Assembly: GCA_000165425.1 (NCBI GenBank)
Contig: CT868430.1
Coordinates: 248,001-312,000 of the forward strand
Source of the DNA: Paramecium tetraurelia
Lineage: Eukaryota
Direction of reading: 5' to 3'
Length of the DNA stretch: 64,000 bases
The position numbers and the translations under genes were made by a program. The notes beneath the pieces are model-generated. The model ran no database searches, was not told the DNA's origin, and saw only the letters and a list, made by a program, of their open reading frames with translations. This document shows, piece after piece, positions 14,276 to 27,880 of the stretch; positions within the stretch are counted from its first letter, which is position 1, and the number at the start of each line of letters is the position of its first letter.

Positions 14276-14284
14276 ATTTATTAA

Positions 14285-16496
14285 ATGAAAATTTAATTAG
14301 ATAAAGACACATACACTCTCTAGAAAAAAATAGGTGAAGGTAACTTTGCTACAGTTTATGCTACTCAGCATTAAAATCTTGTAGCCAAAGTGTGCTACAA
14401 GTCAAACCCTAAAGCATTTAAAGCATTCTAAATCGAGATGGATATTTTGAATAAAGTTTAAGGAGAGGGGATAGTAAAACTAGAGAAATCTGGCATCACT
14501 CAATTATAAGGACAAACAAGTGGAATATTGATTTTAGAAAATTGTTCGAAGGGAAGTCTGATAGATTTAATGACCACTTATGTATTATAAAAAATATCAT
14601 CAAGATAAACAGAAGACCTCCTGAACAATTAGTATTGATGGTGGCAAGAGACATAGTCAAAGCCCTAATACAAATTCATTAAGTATTAACTCCTGAATAC
14701 ATTTATAGCTTGGTTATGTTCATAGGGATGTCAAGATGGAAAATGTACTTTTAAATTCTTTAGGTTATTTTAAACTTTGTGATTTTGGCAGTGTCACCAA
14801 AACAAAATACTATAAAATTGACAATACTAATAGGGATACAATCAAGGATGAGATTGAAGAAAACACGACCCCTTTTTATAGAGCACCAGAATATATTGAT
14901 TTCTATGCAAATTACCCTATTACAGAAAGTGCAGACATCTTTGCTCTTGGTGTTTTGTTATTTATGTTCTGCTTTTAAAAACCTCCCTTTGAAAGTGGCT
15001 TAGCAGCAGTCAATAATCATTATTTCATCCCAGACTCTCATGAATATTCCCCTAAGTACTCAATTTTAACCTAACTCTAGATTAATCCAACTGATTCAAT
15101 CACTCTTCTCTGTAAATCCAAAGAATAGGCCAACTGCATAAGAATTACTCTAAAGAATTCAAACTAATTGGTAATTGCCTTAGAGATTCATAGAAGCAAC
15201 GAATTAACCAATTCCTGTTCCTAATCTCAATAAATATTTTGCTTCTGTAGACAATGTTTATATTGAGAAGAAGGCAGCTCCACTTGGTTTTTTTGATTAA
15301 GTCAAACGTTATCTTTTCACTTTAAGCAAGAAAACTGAAGCATGGGTCATCCAAAGTACAAGCAATGATGATGACCCTCCAAGATTAGAAGATATAAGAT
15401 CTTTAGTTTTTAAAGCATGGTTAAAGAGAGAGAAAATACCAAAGTTTTATCTGGCAATCTAACAGAAAATACTATAACCACATCCTGAAAATCAAAGAGT
15501 TATGATGAAATTGTCAATTCTTTTACATCAATATATCAAAAAGGGTCCACCAGATGTTTTATAAGATTAAAAATAAAAGAATCTACCTACTATTTGGACC
15601 ATAATGAAAATTTTGACTGATCTATATAAACAAAGAATTAAGATTAATCCTCAAAATGAAGTAAAAGTTATTGCAAATTATTTTGCAATCATAAACAAAA
15701 AATTAATAATTTGTCATGCTAATAAAAACTTATTTGAAGGAAGTTATTCTTTATCTCCTCTATTCTTATCTTTAGAAAGGGGAGGATTTTGGAAACCGCT
15801 TGAATCTAAACTAATAGATGATTTATTAAAGTATTGGTCAGATTGTTTACTATTTCTCTCGGAAATATTTTAACCAAATTCTCTCTGGAGGATTCAGACT
15901 TTGATTATAATGCAAATGGTTGATGAAACCTATTCATTATTGTCAATGTTGCTTCATTTATGGGTTGCTGTAAAAGAAACTTTGAACACAAGTGATAATT
16001 TAGATACAAATAAATTAACAGAATGGATTTTAAGCGTTGATTAAAGATACGAGGAAAACTATTTGAAAACAAAGAAATTATTCGAAAAATGTTCAACTTT
16101 GCCTGAATTTGCAGAAATTAAAAGATTCATGCCTAATTTACAACCCGATGTTATTAATTATATCTAATCAGTTGAGTATTTTAAAGGAAAAACTAAAATT
16201 GAACTCAATCCTTAAAGATCTATACATGGAATTAAAATGCCAGTGAGTTATTAAGTGACTGTGTAAAAATTATAATAAGTTCTATTATCTATGTCTGACT
16301 TTGACAAACCATAAAATTAAAATTAAATAAAGTCTAATTTCAATAGTAATAATAATCAAGATTTTTTTGCAGATTTTGGATTCTTAAATAATTAAGGAAG
16401 TTTGTAATCATCATAAGAATAAGTATATGATTAGCCTTGGGTTGATTTTACATAAGCATTTTCATAATAGCAATAATAATAGTAATAATAATCGTA

Positions 16497-16527
<31 letters not shown>

Positions 16528-16562
16528 AAACAATAACATTAATAATAACAATAGCAGTAACA

Positions 16563-16633
<71 letters not shown>

Positions 16634-18241
16634 CTCTTCAATCATCATTGAATAATTAATTTATTTAATAAGCAGGAAGAGAATCAATCTAAACTGAAAT
16701 TGACCCATAAATGCTTTCATAAATTATTTTTAAAATAAATGATGATAAGTAGTAAGATAATAATCTCCAAGATTACTTAAAAATGTAATAAGCATAATAA
16801 GTTTAATCTCAAATTTTTAATTAAAAATAACAAGAAAAATCAAAAATAATTGAAGTAACAAATTTACTTGATGTTCATGATGATAACGTAGTTCCTATAA
16901 CATAGAACAATGAACCATTTGACCTTATTAACTTTGATGATAAACCTCATTAGGCATAACAAAATTCTTTTCTATTACCAATTGACATCAATTTTACTTA
17001 AATTGCAAATCAAGATTAAAAAGAAGGGAAAGGGCAGACATAAAACATTTCTTAATAATAATAGCCCCAAGGATTTTAATAGTAAATGCATTAATAAAAC
17101 ATATACCAGCAGTAAATACCTTAAATGCATCAATAGAGTAATTAATAATAAAACATTGTAATTGAAGATGATGAGGAGGATCTTATCCCTATGTCATATG
17201 ATAATTTTCCTTAATAAAAATAAGAGATGAAATAATAAGTACCACAAAACTTGGCTTAATCTATAAATCCAACTTTCAACTTAACGCCTATTAGATAGAA
17301 AATACACTCTTAAATTTTGGAACATGCCAATGAAATAATTGATGGCGAAGTCGATATCAGTGATTTCATTATATAATACCACGAATTAGTATTTTATGAG
17401 CAAATAGCATCAGGAGGATCTGGAGTGGTGTATCGTGGAAAGTACAAAAATTAAATAGTAGCAATAAAGGATATTGATATAAATGAAAAGGATGAATAAA
17501 AGATGAAAGAATACAAGAGAGAAATAGTTACTTTGGTAAAAGTGAGGCATCATTAGAATTTAGTTTGTTTAATCGGAATTACTTTCAATTAAAATAAATT
17601 ATATATAATCACCGAGTTTTGCTCAGGTGGTTCTCTCTTTGATTTGATTCATAGAAATAGGGAGACCAATATTGATTAATTAACGAAATTGAAATTAAGC
17701 TTATTTATAGCTGAGGGAATGGCCTACATTCATAAATTAGGATTTATGCATAGAGATCTGAAATCATTAAAGTAAATACTAATTAAATTGATAGCATTTT
17801 GTTAGATCAACCATTTAGTGCTGACTCAAACATAAAGATTGCAGATTTTGGTTTGGCGAGAACAGCTTTGGAAAAGACTGAGTGGATGACAGCTGTTGTT
17901 GGAACATTTGTAAGTTTATTAATTAAATTAGCACTGGATGGCTCCTGAAGTCTTTCGAGGGGAAATGTACACAAACAAAGCTGATGTCTATTCCTATGGA
18001 GTAATATTCAATAATAATATCATAGATTGTTTTATATGAAATATTTTCAAGATAGATTCCATATATGAATATTGCCAATCCAATGCAAATCATGAGGGCT
18101 GTGACAGAGCAAAATTAAAGACCTGATCTTTAATTTGAATGCTAATAGGAAATGAAAGCATTAATGGCCTAGTGTTGGCATCCTAATCCTGATCAGAGGC
18201 CTACATTCGAATAAATTATTAATAATTTACAAAGTTTATGA
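14285..18241 (+). CDS. Dual protein kinase: NAK-family kinase + ANTH-like domain + polyQ/adaptor-motif linker + TKL kinase
   Basis: Kinase 1 has IGEGNFA, HRDVKMEN, LCDFGS and TTPFYRAPE. The ANTH-like part has STSNDDDPP and MKLSILLHQYIKKGP. Kinase 2 has IASGGSGVVYRG, HRDLKSLN, IADFGLAR and VGTFHWMAPE. I found no in-frame TGA between the domains. Confidence 0.88.
16465..16632 (+). repeat. Coding polyglutamine tract of about 56 codons, ending in a pure (TAA)22
   Basis: A TAA/TAG/CAA run in frame with the dual kinase, with perfect TAA repeats at 16567-16632. Confidence 0.95.
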
Positions 18242-18293
18242 AAGAATTCTTATTAATAAAAAATGATTTAAATTTAATATCTTTTATTAAAAT

Positions 18294-19706
18294 ATGTCAA
18301 TCAAGTTATACGGCCCATCAACAAATCCCAGACTCAATCAAGTTCAGCTAGTAGCAGATCTTCTTCAAATTCCAGTTGAGTAAGTTGAAGTTGGATATCA
18401 TGAATGCGAATCTAAGGAACATTTAGCTAGAAACCCATTTGCTAGAATTCCAGTCATCGAAACAACCGATGGATTCCTTTATGAGAGTAACGCTATCTGT
18501 AGATACCTCGCTAGATCAAAATTAGAATCAGGATTATATGGGTATGATGTTTAGATTTATTTTAAGTGCTACTCCCTTCTAATAGTCATAGGTTGATCAA
18601 TGGATTGATTGGACAATAAATGAATTAGACCCAAATTTCATGACTACATTCCCACAATTATGGGGACATTACCCTGCCAATGAGGACACTTTCAAAACTG
18701 CAAAAAACATCATCAATGACAAATTAAAATAATTAGAGGGTCATTTCAAGAATTCTCCATATTTGGTTGGGGATAAATTGACAATTGCAGATGTCACACT
18801 TATTGTAAGAATTGCTCCATTTTTCATTTTATTGATTGATGAGAAGACCAGAAAATCATACCCTTCATTAATGAAATGGTTCACAGCTGTGTCTGAACTT
18901 CCTCAGTTCAAAAAAGTATAAATTAATCTAATCTATATAGAATTTTGGAAGAGTGAGATTATGCAAAGTTGCCTTCCCATTACCAAAATAAGAAGCATAA
19001 CCAAAGGAAGAAAAAGCAAAGGAATAAAAACCAAAAGATGAAAAACCAAAGGAATAAAAGCCAAAAGATGAAAAACCAAAAGAACAAAAGTAAAAGGAAT
19101 AGAAACCAAAAGAAGCTGAAAAACCAAAGGAAGCATAAAAATAAAAAGCTTAAGAAGATGATGAACCACTTCCAGAAAAGAAGAAGAATCCTTTAGATTT
19201 ACTTCCCCCATCTCCCTTCAATATTGATGACTATAAAAGAGCCTTCTTTGCTGAAAAAGACATTGCCAAGAATATTTAATAACTCTTCACATCAGTTGAC
19301 GTTCAAGGCTGGTCTTTATGGATTGTCACCTATAACAAATCTTAAAATGAAGGCAAACAACTTATTTTAACAAATAACTTAATGAAAGGATTTATCAATT
19401 AAAGATTGGATTAAAATTTCAGAAAATACTCTTTTGCTATTCATGGTGTCTATGGTGATGAGCCAAATTTGGAAATCAGAGGAGCATGGATTTGGAGAGG
19501 AACTGAAGTTCCATAAGAATGGGTAATAATTATAATTAAAACATTCTTAGAAAGATCATGTTGCTTATGATTACCACGTTTTCAGAAGAATCGACATTAA
19601 CAATGAGTAAGATAAGAAAGATTTCACTGAATATTGGGTGAACTAAGAAGAAGACGAATCTAAAGTCGGTGGTCTTACAGCCAGAAGCTTGACTTATTTC
19701 AGATGA
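18294..19706 (+). CDS. EEF1G: Translation elongation factor 1-gamma (GST domains + EF1G domain)
   Basis: NPFARIPV, LYESNAICRYLA and VDQWIDW, then a KPKDE/KPKEQ repeat linker, NPLDLLPPSPFNIDDYKR and IRGAWIWRG. Confidence 0.93.
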
Positions 19707-20607
19707 TGATCAAGTATTCATACAAATAATAATATTAATTGTAAAATAGTTATTTTAATTATGAATTTTCTAATGTCACTTCTTTAACAATTAATATATT
19801 ATGCATCTTTTGAAAAAGAATAATATATTATCATTAAGAAATAGTAAATTGTCTTTATTATTCTATTTTTCTTACTCATTTTGCATAAATGAATTTTAGT
19901 TAAATTATAAAATCCATATAAAAAAGTTGTGTTTTTGTATTTTATTAGTAAAAAATTAATAAGGAAATGATTTATTATACATCTAGTTATTCTAGTCTTA
20001 TTGCTTAATCATGAGCCAAATATTCTTGACTTGTTATTAGTAAGTAAAAATATAAGCATTAATCATTGTATTAATTTTTTGAATAATTTCAAATTCCAAT
20101 CTTCCTACAACATTTGGTTAGTGTTAATTTATTTTAATAGTTTTTCTAGATAAATTGTAAATTTATATTGGTTAATTTAATGCTATTATTTATATTTATA
20201 AATTCATTAGTTTATTGTAAATAAATTTGTGAATAAAATATATCTTTAAACACATTGCCTTTTAGAGATAAGTGAGTATATATTGAACTTTATTTCTTTT
20301 ATCTTTGATAAGTGTATGATAATTCTCTTTCAAAGAAAATAATATATATTTTTGATCTTCTCCTATTATATATTTCAATCTATAAAAAAGTGATCAAACA
20401 TCTAAGTATAATTTAATCTAAAGCATAAGACTAATTATGTTAAAAATTTTAATTTATCAAATTTTATTAGTATTATTCATGATTTTATAGTAGAATGTCA
20501 TATCTATATTTTAGTGATTAGTTTTTCAAAAGAAGTTATTTCTAAGGTATTATTTATTTGATGATTAGACTTAATTTGCAAAATTAGGTTTAATTTTTAT
20601 TATTTTT

Positions 20608-21167
20608 ATGAAAAAATCAATAAGTACTTCTTCATATAGTGGCTATAAATTGAATAACGATTCAACAAGAATTGAGTCTTTTCCAGATTCAACAAGAGTG
20701 TTGTAGATGAATATTAGTCATTATGAGGACACGTTGTCTCAAGAAGTATTTATTTCCACAGCTTATGAACATATAAGAGAAGTCAGAGTATACTGATTAG
20801 TTTATTAACAGGATTTAATTGCAAGCTCCAGATCGAACATGAAACCATTGAGGGAATCAATAGGCCAATTAAGATATTAGATACAGACTATTGAGCATTA
20901 ATAAAAGAAAGAATAAATTAATTTAGAATATGATATCAGTTTGAGAATACATAAATTAAAATAGGTAAGCTTTTGATATTATTATTAAAGAAAATAAATT
21001 AATTTGAGGTTGTTTAAACTGGGGAGTTTGCCATACTCCAAGATTAAATATAGAAACTGTAACATGATGATTAAGAAATAATTCAGGATATAGATACTTT
21101 GGAATTGAGAATAATAGGCTTAGCTCCCCAGATTGGGTAGTACACATATTAAGGATTATATTAATGA
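20608..21167 (+). CDS. Hypothetical coiled-coil protein
   Basis: Open from ATG to TGA in code 6 after removing two short GT-AG introns. No motif recognised. Confidence 0.55.
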
Positions 21168-21695
21168 GAATTGTGATAATAACAAAAAAGCAATTTTGTT
21201 AATACTATATTTTTTTGTTAGTAAATTAATTTATTGATAATTAATCAATTAGTAACATGATAATAAAATTATCAATTCTAATTCTAATAGTTCTAAACCA
21301 ACTTGAGTCTTTGAATAATATTATAGTATTTCAAACTAAAATGTTTTATAGTTGGTAAGAATTATAATTCAAATTAAATTAATATTAAAATCCAGTCGTT
21401 ATGAGATCTCCATCTCTATTTTCACCAGTATGATAATTTGAGATTATAAAAGTCTAAACAATAAAGATATGAAAAGCAAAATGGGTCTTTTCAGACATTT
21501 TCAACAACTAATTAAGTGAACAAGACTTAATTGGCTGATTTTCGAAAAGAAATACGCAACAACATTAGTTAAAGAGAGCCATTCGTTCCACAATAGGAGA
21601 AGAAGCCAATTCTATTAACTAATTGGAAGAAACATGAAAGAAAAAATACGTAATTTTTTCAAATTATTTACAGCGAAGGTAATGTGGCCAAATAT

Positions 21696-22387
21696 ATGGC
21701 TAGGTCATCTCCAAAGAAAAGTCTACCAGGAGGATTAAATATGGAAGAAATCTTGTAACTATTATTTTTATTCTTAGCAATACTCAAAAGAAATATATTG
21801 ATTAGAATTAGTCATAAACTACGTTTTATTATTAGCAATAAAGAAAGGTGGATTAGTTATTTAAAAAGGAATAAAATGATTCTTTTAGTAGATAAGACAA
21901 CTCATTCTCTAATATATTGAAACCAAAAAGATAATCCTAAGCGCTTTTGTCAAGATAAACAGGAAGAGATTAATCACCAATTAATTTAGAAAGATTTAGA
22001 AGTTGGGATACAAAGTTAGATCTTCAATTAAAGCAATTAAACAATTCTAAAGATATTAGCTTTTATAAATACTCTTAATAACCTTAAAAAGAGAATTTTT
22101 ATGAGACTAGTAAACCACTCTAGACTAAGGATATATTTAATGTTAATAAAAATGCAAATAATTTTAATAAGTTTTTAAAGAATTCATCTCCACCTAAATT
22201 CATTGAAAAAATCCCCTTAACAGATATAGTTAAAATTCAGTCATATTTCTCACAACTGCCCACAGCAGAAATTACTACAATTCCAAGAGGGTAAAATATA
22301 ATATAAGATTTTAGCTATTTATAAGAGTTATAGAATTTATAATAAACGTTGGCTAGAGTAGTCAAATAGTCATCCTAAATTATTTGA
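21696..22387 (+). CDS. Hypothetical protein
   Basis: MARSSPKKSLPGGLNMEE..., with two short introns and a TGA at 22385. The start is uncertain. Confidence 0.5.
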
Positions 22388-22952
22388 ACAATATATTTAA
22401 TCATTTTAAATCAAATTTAATTTTCAAATTGAGCATCAATATATTGTATATTTATTTACAAGAGCATAGATACAAAATAATTAGTATTTACACTTCTCAT
22501 GAACAATAGTAGCAATTATTTTGTAATGAATTTTAGAGGGATAAAGTATTTAAATAATTATCAGCGTAACAGTTATGTTATCTTCTATAATAACTTTTAA
22601 ATCGCTATATCCTTTGTTTTTGTTACTATCTTGCAGTTATAAGTTAGATTACGAACTTAAAGCAATTCTGAACATCTGAAATAAAAATCTGTAAAGAAAT
22701 ATTAGCAAGACTCATAACTGTAATTATGCTAGAAATATCTACAATCAGGTTTAGGATAATCCATATACAATTTCTTATTTACAGTATGATGGCTAGGCAC
22801 TTTATTCTCAATCAAATATTAAGTGCAGGAATAATTTTTTATTTAAAGAAATATTTATACTTGCTATTAAAAATAATAAGCATTATAAGTTTTTTTATAT
22901 TTTAAAGATCTTTATTAAAAATTTAATATATATATTTGATAAGTGAAAAGGC

Positions 22953-24349
22953 TCAGACTCTCTTTCATTATTATGAATTATACATTGATTGAGGAAAAGA
23001 CTCTTGTCTAAATACACAAGGAAATTGAAGAAAACTCATGCTTGATAGTGATAGTTACAATAATGAAGATTATCGAGTTTCTTAACTAGAAGGATTGGAT
23101 TGGATTTGATTACTTTCTTTCATTAATTACGATTACATAAGACTCTAACTTTTCATCAAATTTGCAAATTCTTATTTCAAAAGCATAGCTGTTGCATCTA
23201 ATTTAATAAAACAATATACATTAATGTTATTAATTTTGCTGTGATTATGAAGTTTAATTGAAAAGGACTTAAGAATTGTATAATGATATTATAGAATCAT
23301 TAAACAATTATTGAGAATTTAATTAGTTATTAATTTGAATTAGATTATTGTTTACACTCTAACTTAATATACTTAATCCTATTTTATTTACTTAAATTTC
23401 GTTGTCGTCCTCTTCTTTCACCTACACTTCTGAACTCTCAGCTGAGATAATTTCATTCAAAACCTGTTCATTCTAATCATTAACAATATTATTAATAAAT
23501 TTTTGTTCTTACTCTTTCTTTCTTTTGACTACTTTTTATTTTTTCATTTTCTTTTTTTGAACTTTAGTGTTTTTCCTTCTTTTAATAATACTGCTTTTAG
23601 ATGACTAACTATTATCATTAGGATCTTGCTAAAGGATTTCATCTAATTATTGGGATGATTTTAATTAATCAGTGTCAGTTTTTTATTATGAATTTGGTAT
23701 AACGTAATAAGGATTTTAAATATTCATATATTCTTTTCTAATAAAGGAATAAAATCTATTTTTTATCATATTTTCCTAAATAAATTTTAGTTATAAATTA
23801 TACAGGTCTCCCGTTTAATAACTTGGATATTTCTGTCCATCTTGATCCATATTTTTGATAAGCATCCATGACAATTAGATCTTCTTCTTTTGACCATGGT
23901 TCAGCCCTTATTTCTGGATTCAATTTGTTAATAAATCGTTCTCTAATTTACTTCCCTGTTCTCCAATGCATGATGCTTGCAATCATTCCCCAATTCCGTT
24001 TGTGTATTTTAACTAATTCTAACAATTGTTCGTCTTCGATTGCACTCCAAGAATGTCGAGAGCGTTACTGAGCTTAGTTTAAATTAAACATACTGAGACT
24101 GGCTTAATTCTCTTCCATCTTTGAGCGCATTAAGAAGGATTTCGATTATATAAATATTTTGCCACTTCCTTCCAATTAGTTCCAAGTTCATGAATTGCTC
24201 TTTCAAGCAACTTGTCTTCTTTTTAGGACCATATTTTTCTATTTTGTATTTTTTTTGAAGTTGCTTTTGCTGACTATTTATCATCTTCCATTTCACAACA
24301 TTCCAATTAACTACAATTGAGAAATAATTTACTTATCATTTGGCACCAT
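22953..24349 (-). CDS. Three-repeat Myb transcription factor
   Basis: WSQKEDKLL..W..QCAQRW, WSAIEDEQLL..W..RTGKQIRERF and WSKEEDLIV..GSRWTEISKLLNGRPENMIKNRFY. Confidence 0.93.
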
Positions 24350-25937
24350 TCAAAATTTATTTTAATTATTTATATTTCTCTATCAGATTTGTCATGGTTA
24401 TATGTGATGAAAATATATAAAATAAGATATGCAACAAACTATAATAAAATTCAATATTTCATAGGACCAAGAAATTTAGGATGTTCACCCAAGCCCTTCC
24501 TTCTAGTTTAAAGATATTACATTTGCCCTTCTAATATAAAACGTATCGGCAAGCTGTTAATTAAACAAAATATTTAGTAATAATATAAGATAGAATTCGT
24601 AAAAAAATTTACTTTGCTTACCGATTAATCATTTGACTTTAACTACCAATTCATCAACTCTATATCTAAAAAGATTGAATTGTAGTTTCATTTTCTTAAA
24701 TTTTGCTCCGGGTAACATTAAGTTAACATTCTCATAGAAGATTCTTTTAACTATTATCAATCCTATTGAAGGTTCCTCTTGTTAAAATTCAAAATATTAA
24801 TAAAGATAAACATAAGGATTGTTTAATTGACTTTAGCTCACATTTCTGCAATAAAATCAATTTTAAATCAAAGCATACTTTTTTGTTTAATTCTAAATAT
24901 TAATATTTAATACTTATGATTAATTAAAAAACAATGTTTAATAAGTAGGATACAAAATAAACTAATACGATTATAATTTACAATTAATAAATCTGTATTA
25001 TTTTATAAAACTGGATCATAAATTTGAGCCATTCTACATTGATAACAATTTATCTAAAACCTTTGAATAACATCTAAGTACGAGCTTTTGATAATTGGAT
25101 TGTAAGTTTTTACTATTTAAGCTACTTAAATATTGGAGGGAAATCATTTATTCATATATAATGGATTTCTACTTTCTAAAAATATGTTTAATTTATGAAA
25201 AATGAATAATATTATTATAATGAAAATTATAGATAATTATAGTTTTAATTAGTTTTGAAATTACTCATTCAATTTCATATATTTCTTCCGATAAAAAGTG
25301 ATATTAGGATTAAATATATATACATTATTTATAATGAATTTGAAGTGTTATTTCTATTTAGAATAATTCATTTTAGAAAGGAAGGTAATTAGAATATTAT
25401 CATCTTATTGTCATACTTAATTATTTGAATTGAAAATTCAAGAGATATTATATAAGATTAAGAAGAGATATATTCTATATAAAATATATTTCTTGAATCG
25501 ATTCAATATAATTTAGAGATTAAAATAATATTTCTTAGAATGAATAAAATATATCTCCAACAATTAATTTATAGGTTAGTCCAAAACATAATAGTAAATA
25601 AAAAATATCTTAAATCTTAAACACAATCAAATCATAATAAGAATATAAAAATTCATATAGTTAGTGTAGTTAGTGCGTATTTAAATGAGAAAATTGAAGA
25701 AATTTAAATGTAATTATCTTTAAGTCAAAGTTAGATCAATTCCTACTAGTTCTCAATGCAAAATTTATCATAATTTTATGGTTTAAAGTTCTATAAAATA
25801 GGCAGAAGGCCTATCATATTAATGTTTTTGGAATTGTAATTATTATTTATAATTAAAAAAAGCCAGATAATTATTTGTTTGATAATTGGTTCCTCTTAAA
25901 TAATATCAGACTTAAATTATATTAAATATTTCAGAGA

Positions 25938-27880
25938 ATGTATTTAAGCTTTATTAAGGAGCATTTCAAGCCTAGTCAAGAAGAACTTGATATTTTAGAA
26001 GCTAAAGAAACATAAGATTTATATTCGGATGTACAAATTCAAGGGGGATTTGTTCAAGTATTCTATTTCAAATAGATAGGTTTACTCTAGATAGTGTAGT
26101 ATATTTGATTCTGAAGTATACAAAAATTAACTCAATGTATTCAAGAAATATCTGTTGAATTATGAGAAATAAAATCCTAAGTTAAATGGATGTTGTCTTG
26201 AAAAGGCATTCTATGTGGAACAGACCTATTCACTAGACTGTTAGGTGGAATCACCGGAAACTTGGTTAAAGGAACAAGTAACAGTGTGGCAATTGCCAAC
26301 TGATATAGTGAATAAATTGAATTCTAAGTGTTTCTCCTTTGAAGACATAGCCAAGAGACATGGGAGTTAGATAGTGGACATTCGAATACAAGATCCAAAT
26401 ACAGACACTTTTACTCCAACGGTTGAATAAAATTGTATAGCTAATTAAATGAGGATTGATGAGTATTGTAAGTATTTGAAAAACAAAGCTGAGTTTTTTT
26501 AGAAACACACAGAATATTCACCGGATAAAGTGTTATTTGCTGTGAATGTAGACATGGATAATTGGGATGAAGAAACAGGGTAGTTATATGAGTATATGCC
26601 CTAATCATTGTTGAAATATGATGGATTGGTGTACATGAGACAATTCTGTTTGGGAGTTAATATTCCATAGATCTACATAAAGACCAAAGGAGTTTGGACA
26701 GGTGGACATCAGGAAAATTCATCAGTAAACTCTTTAAATTTCAATCATGGTCCTGGAGATTGTCTTTGGTTAACTGTGGATGCTCAATATGTAAATAAAG
26801 TATATGAAGCGATGCCCAATCTATATTAAATAGAAGGTTTATGGTTCAAGGAGATTGACTTTTTTTTAGAAAACAATATTCCCATAAAATACACGATACA
26901 AAAAAAAGGAGATCTTGTGATTTTGGGAGCTGGATGTCTACATTGGGTGAAGAGTCTAGGCAATACCATAAATACATCTTGGAATTTGCTAGTCTATCAA
27001 GAGAATACATTTCAATAAATATATGATAGACAATTGATTAATGACAAATACAAAATCTCAAGTGTTATACCGATTAAGAACTTGTTTCTGGATATATATT
27101 TTCATCGCAAATCTCCTCAATTGAAAATGTACCTGCACAATTTTATAGAGGATGACATAAAGAATTACATAAAGCAATCTGCAAAAATCAAGAGTTGCAA
27201 AAAGAGATTCAATTCTAGAGAAGTGTTGTAATGCAGTACTTGCAAAATGGAAATCTTCATCTTCTACTAAATAAAGGATGATTAAACATTTAGATGTATC
27301 AAATGTATAGAAGGAGATGAAGCAGAAATCTTTATGAAATATAAACCAACAGAACTTATCTTGGTTTTGAATGCAGAAAAGTTTACTTGCAGTCCTACTT
27401 TGTGCACTAGATACATGGGAACTACAGAATGCTAACTTGAAAAACAAACAGAGGAGGAGTTTGTGAGCGAAAGCTATGAATCCAGTATAGAGTAAAGCAA
27501 AAGTGCGGAAGAATAATCAAAAACTAAATTTGCTAGAAAAAAGGAGAAAAGTAAGACTTCCAAAAAGTCATCATAGACAAAGTAATAGGATAGGTATAAT
27601 TTTTTATTTTATTTAGAAATTCGAGTGCTTAAACGAATCATTAGATTAAGCAAAAGAGAGCTTATAGAAAGAAAGCTACTAAAGGATAGGATGATCTGAT
27701 TTCTGAAATTGTTATTTCATAAAAATCTCATAAAAAAAACGAAAATAGTACTAAATCCAAGTAGACCAAAAAGACATAAAAGAATTAAAAACTAGAGAGC
27801 AGTGTCAAAAGTGTATCCAGTTCAGATTTTGATAGTCATTCTTAAATTCAATTAACTAAAAAAGGAAAAAAATAAAATGA
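25938..27880 (+). CDS. JmjC histone demethylase of the KDM6 (UTX/JMJD3) type, with Zn finger and Lys-rich tail
   Basis: GVNIPQIYIK, TGGHQENSSVNSLNFNHGPGDCLW and QKKGDLVILGAGCLHWVKSLG..NTSWN parallel KDM6 motifs. CSTC..CIKC lies downstream. Confidence 0.85.

Noticed and set aside
16427..16651. Poly-Asn and poly-Ile ORFs in the supplied track (also 57094-57450)
   Set aside because: They are off-frame or antisense readings of TAA-encoded polyQ tracts under the wrong genetic code.
19707..20607. AT-rich stretch as a retained IES or transposon
   Set aside because: TA boundaries are ubiquitous at this base composition, and I saw no terminal inverted repeats or transposase. It cannot be called without MIC/MAC comparison.
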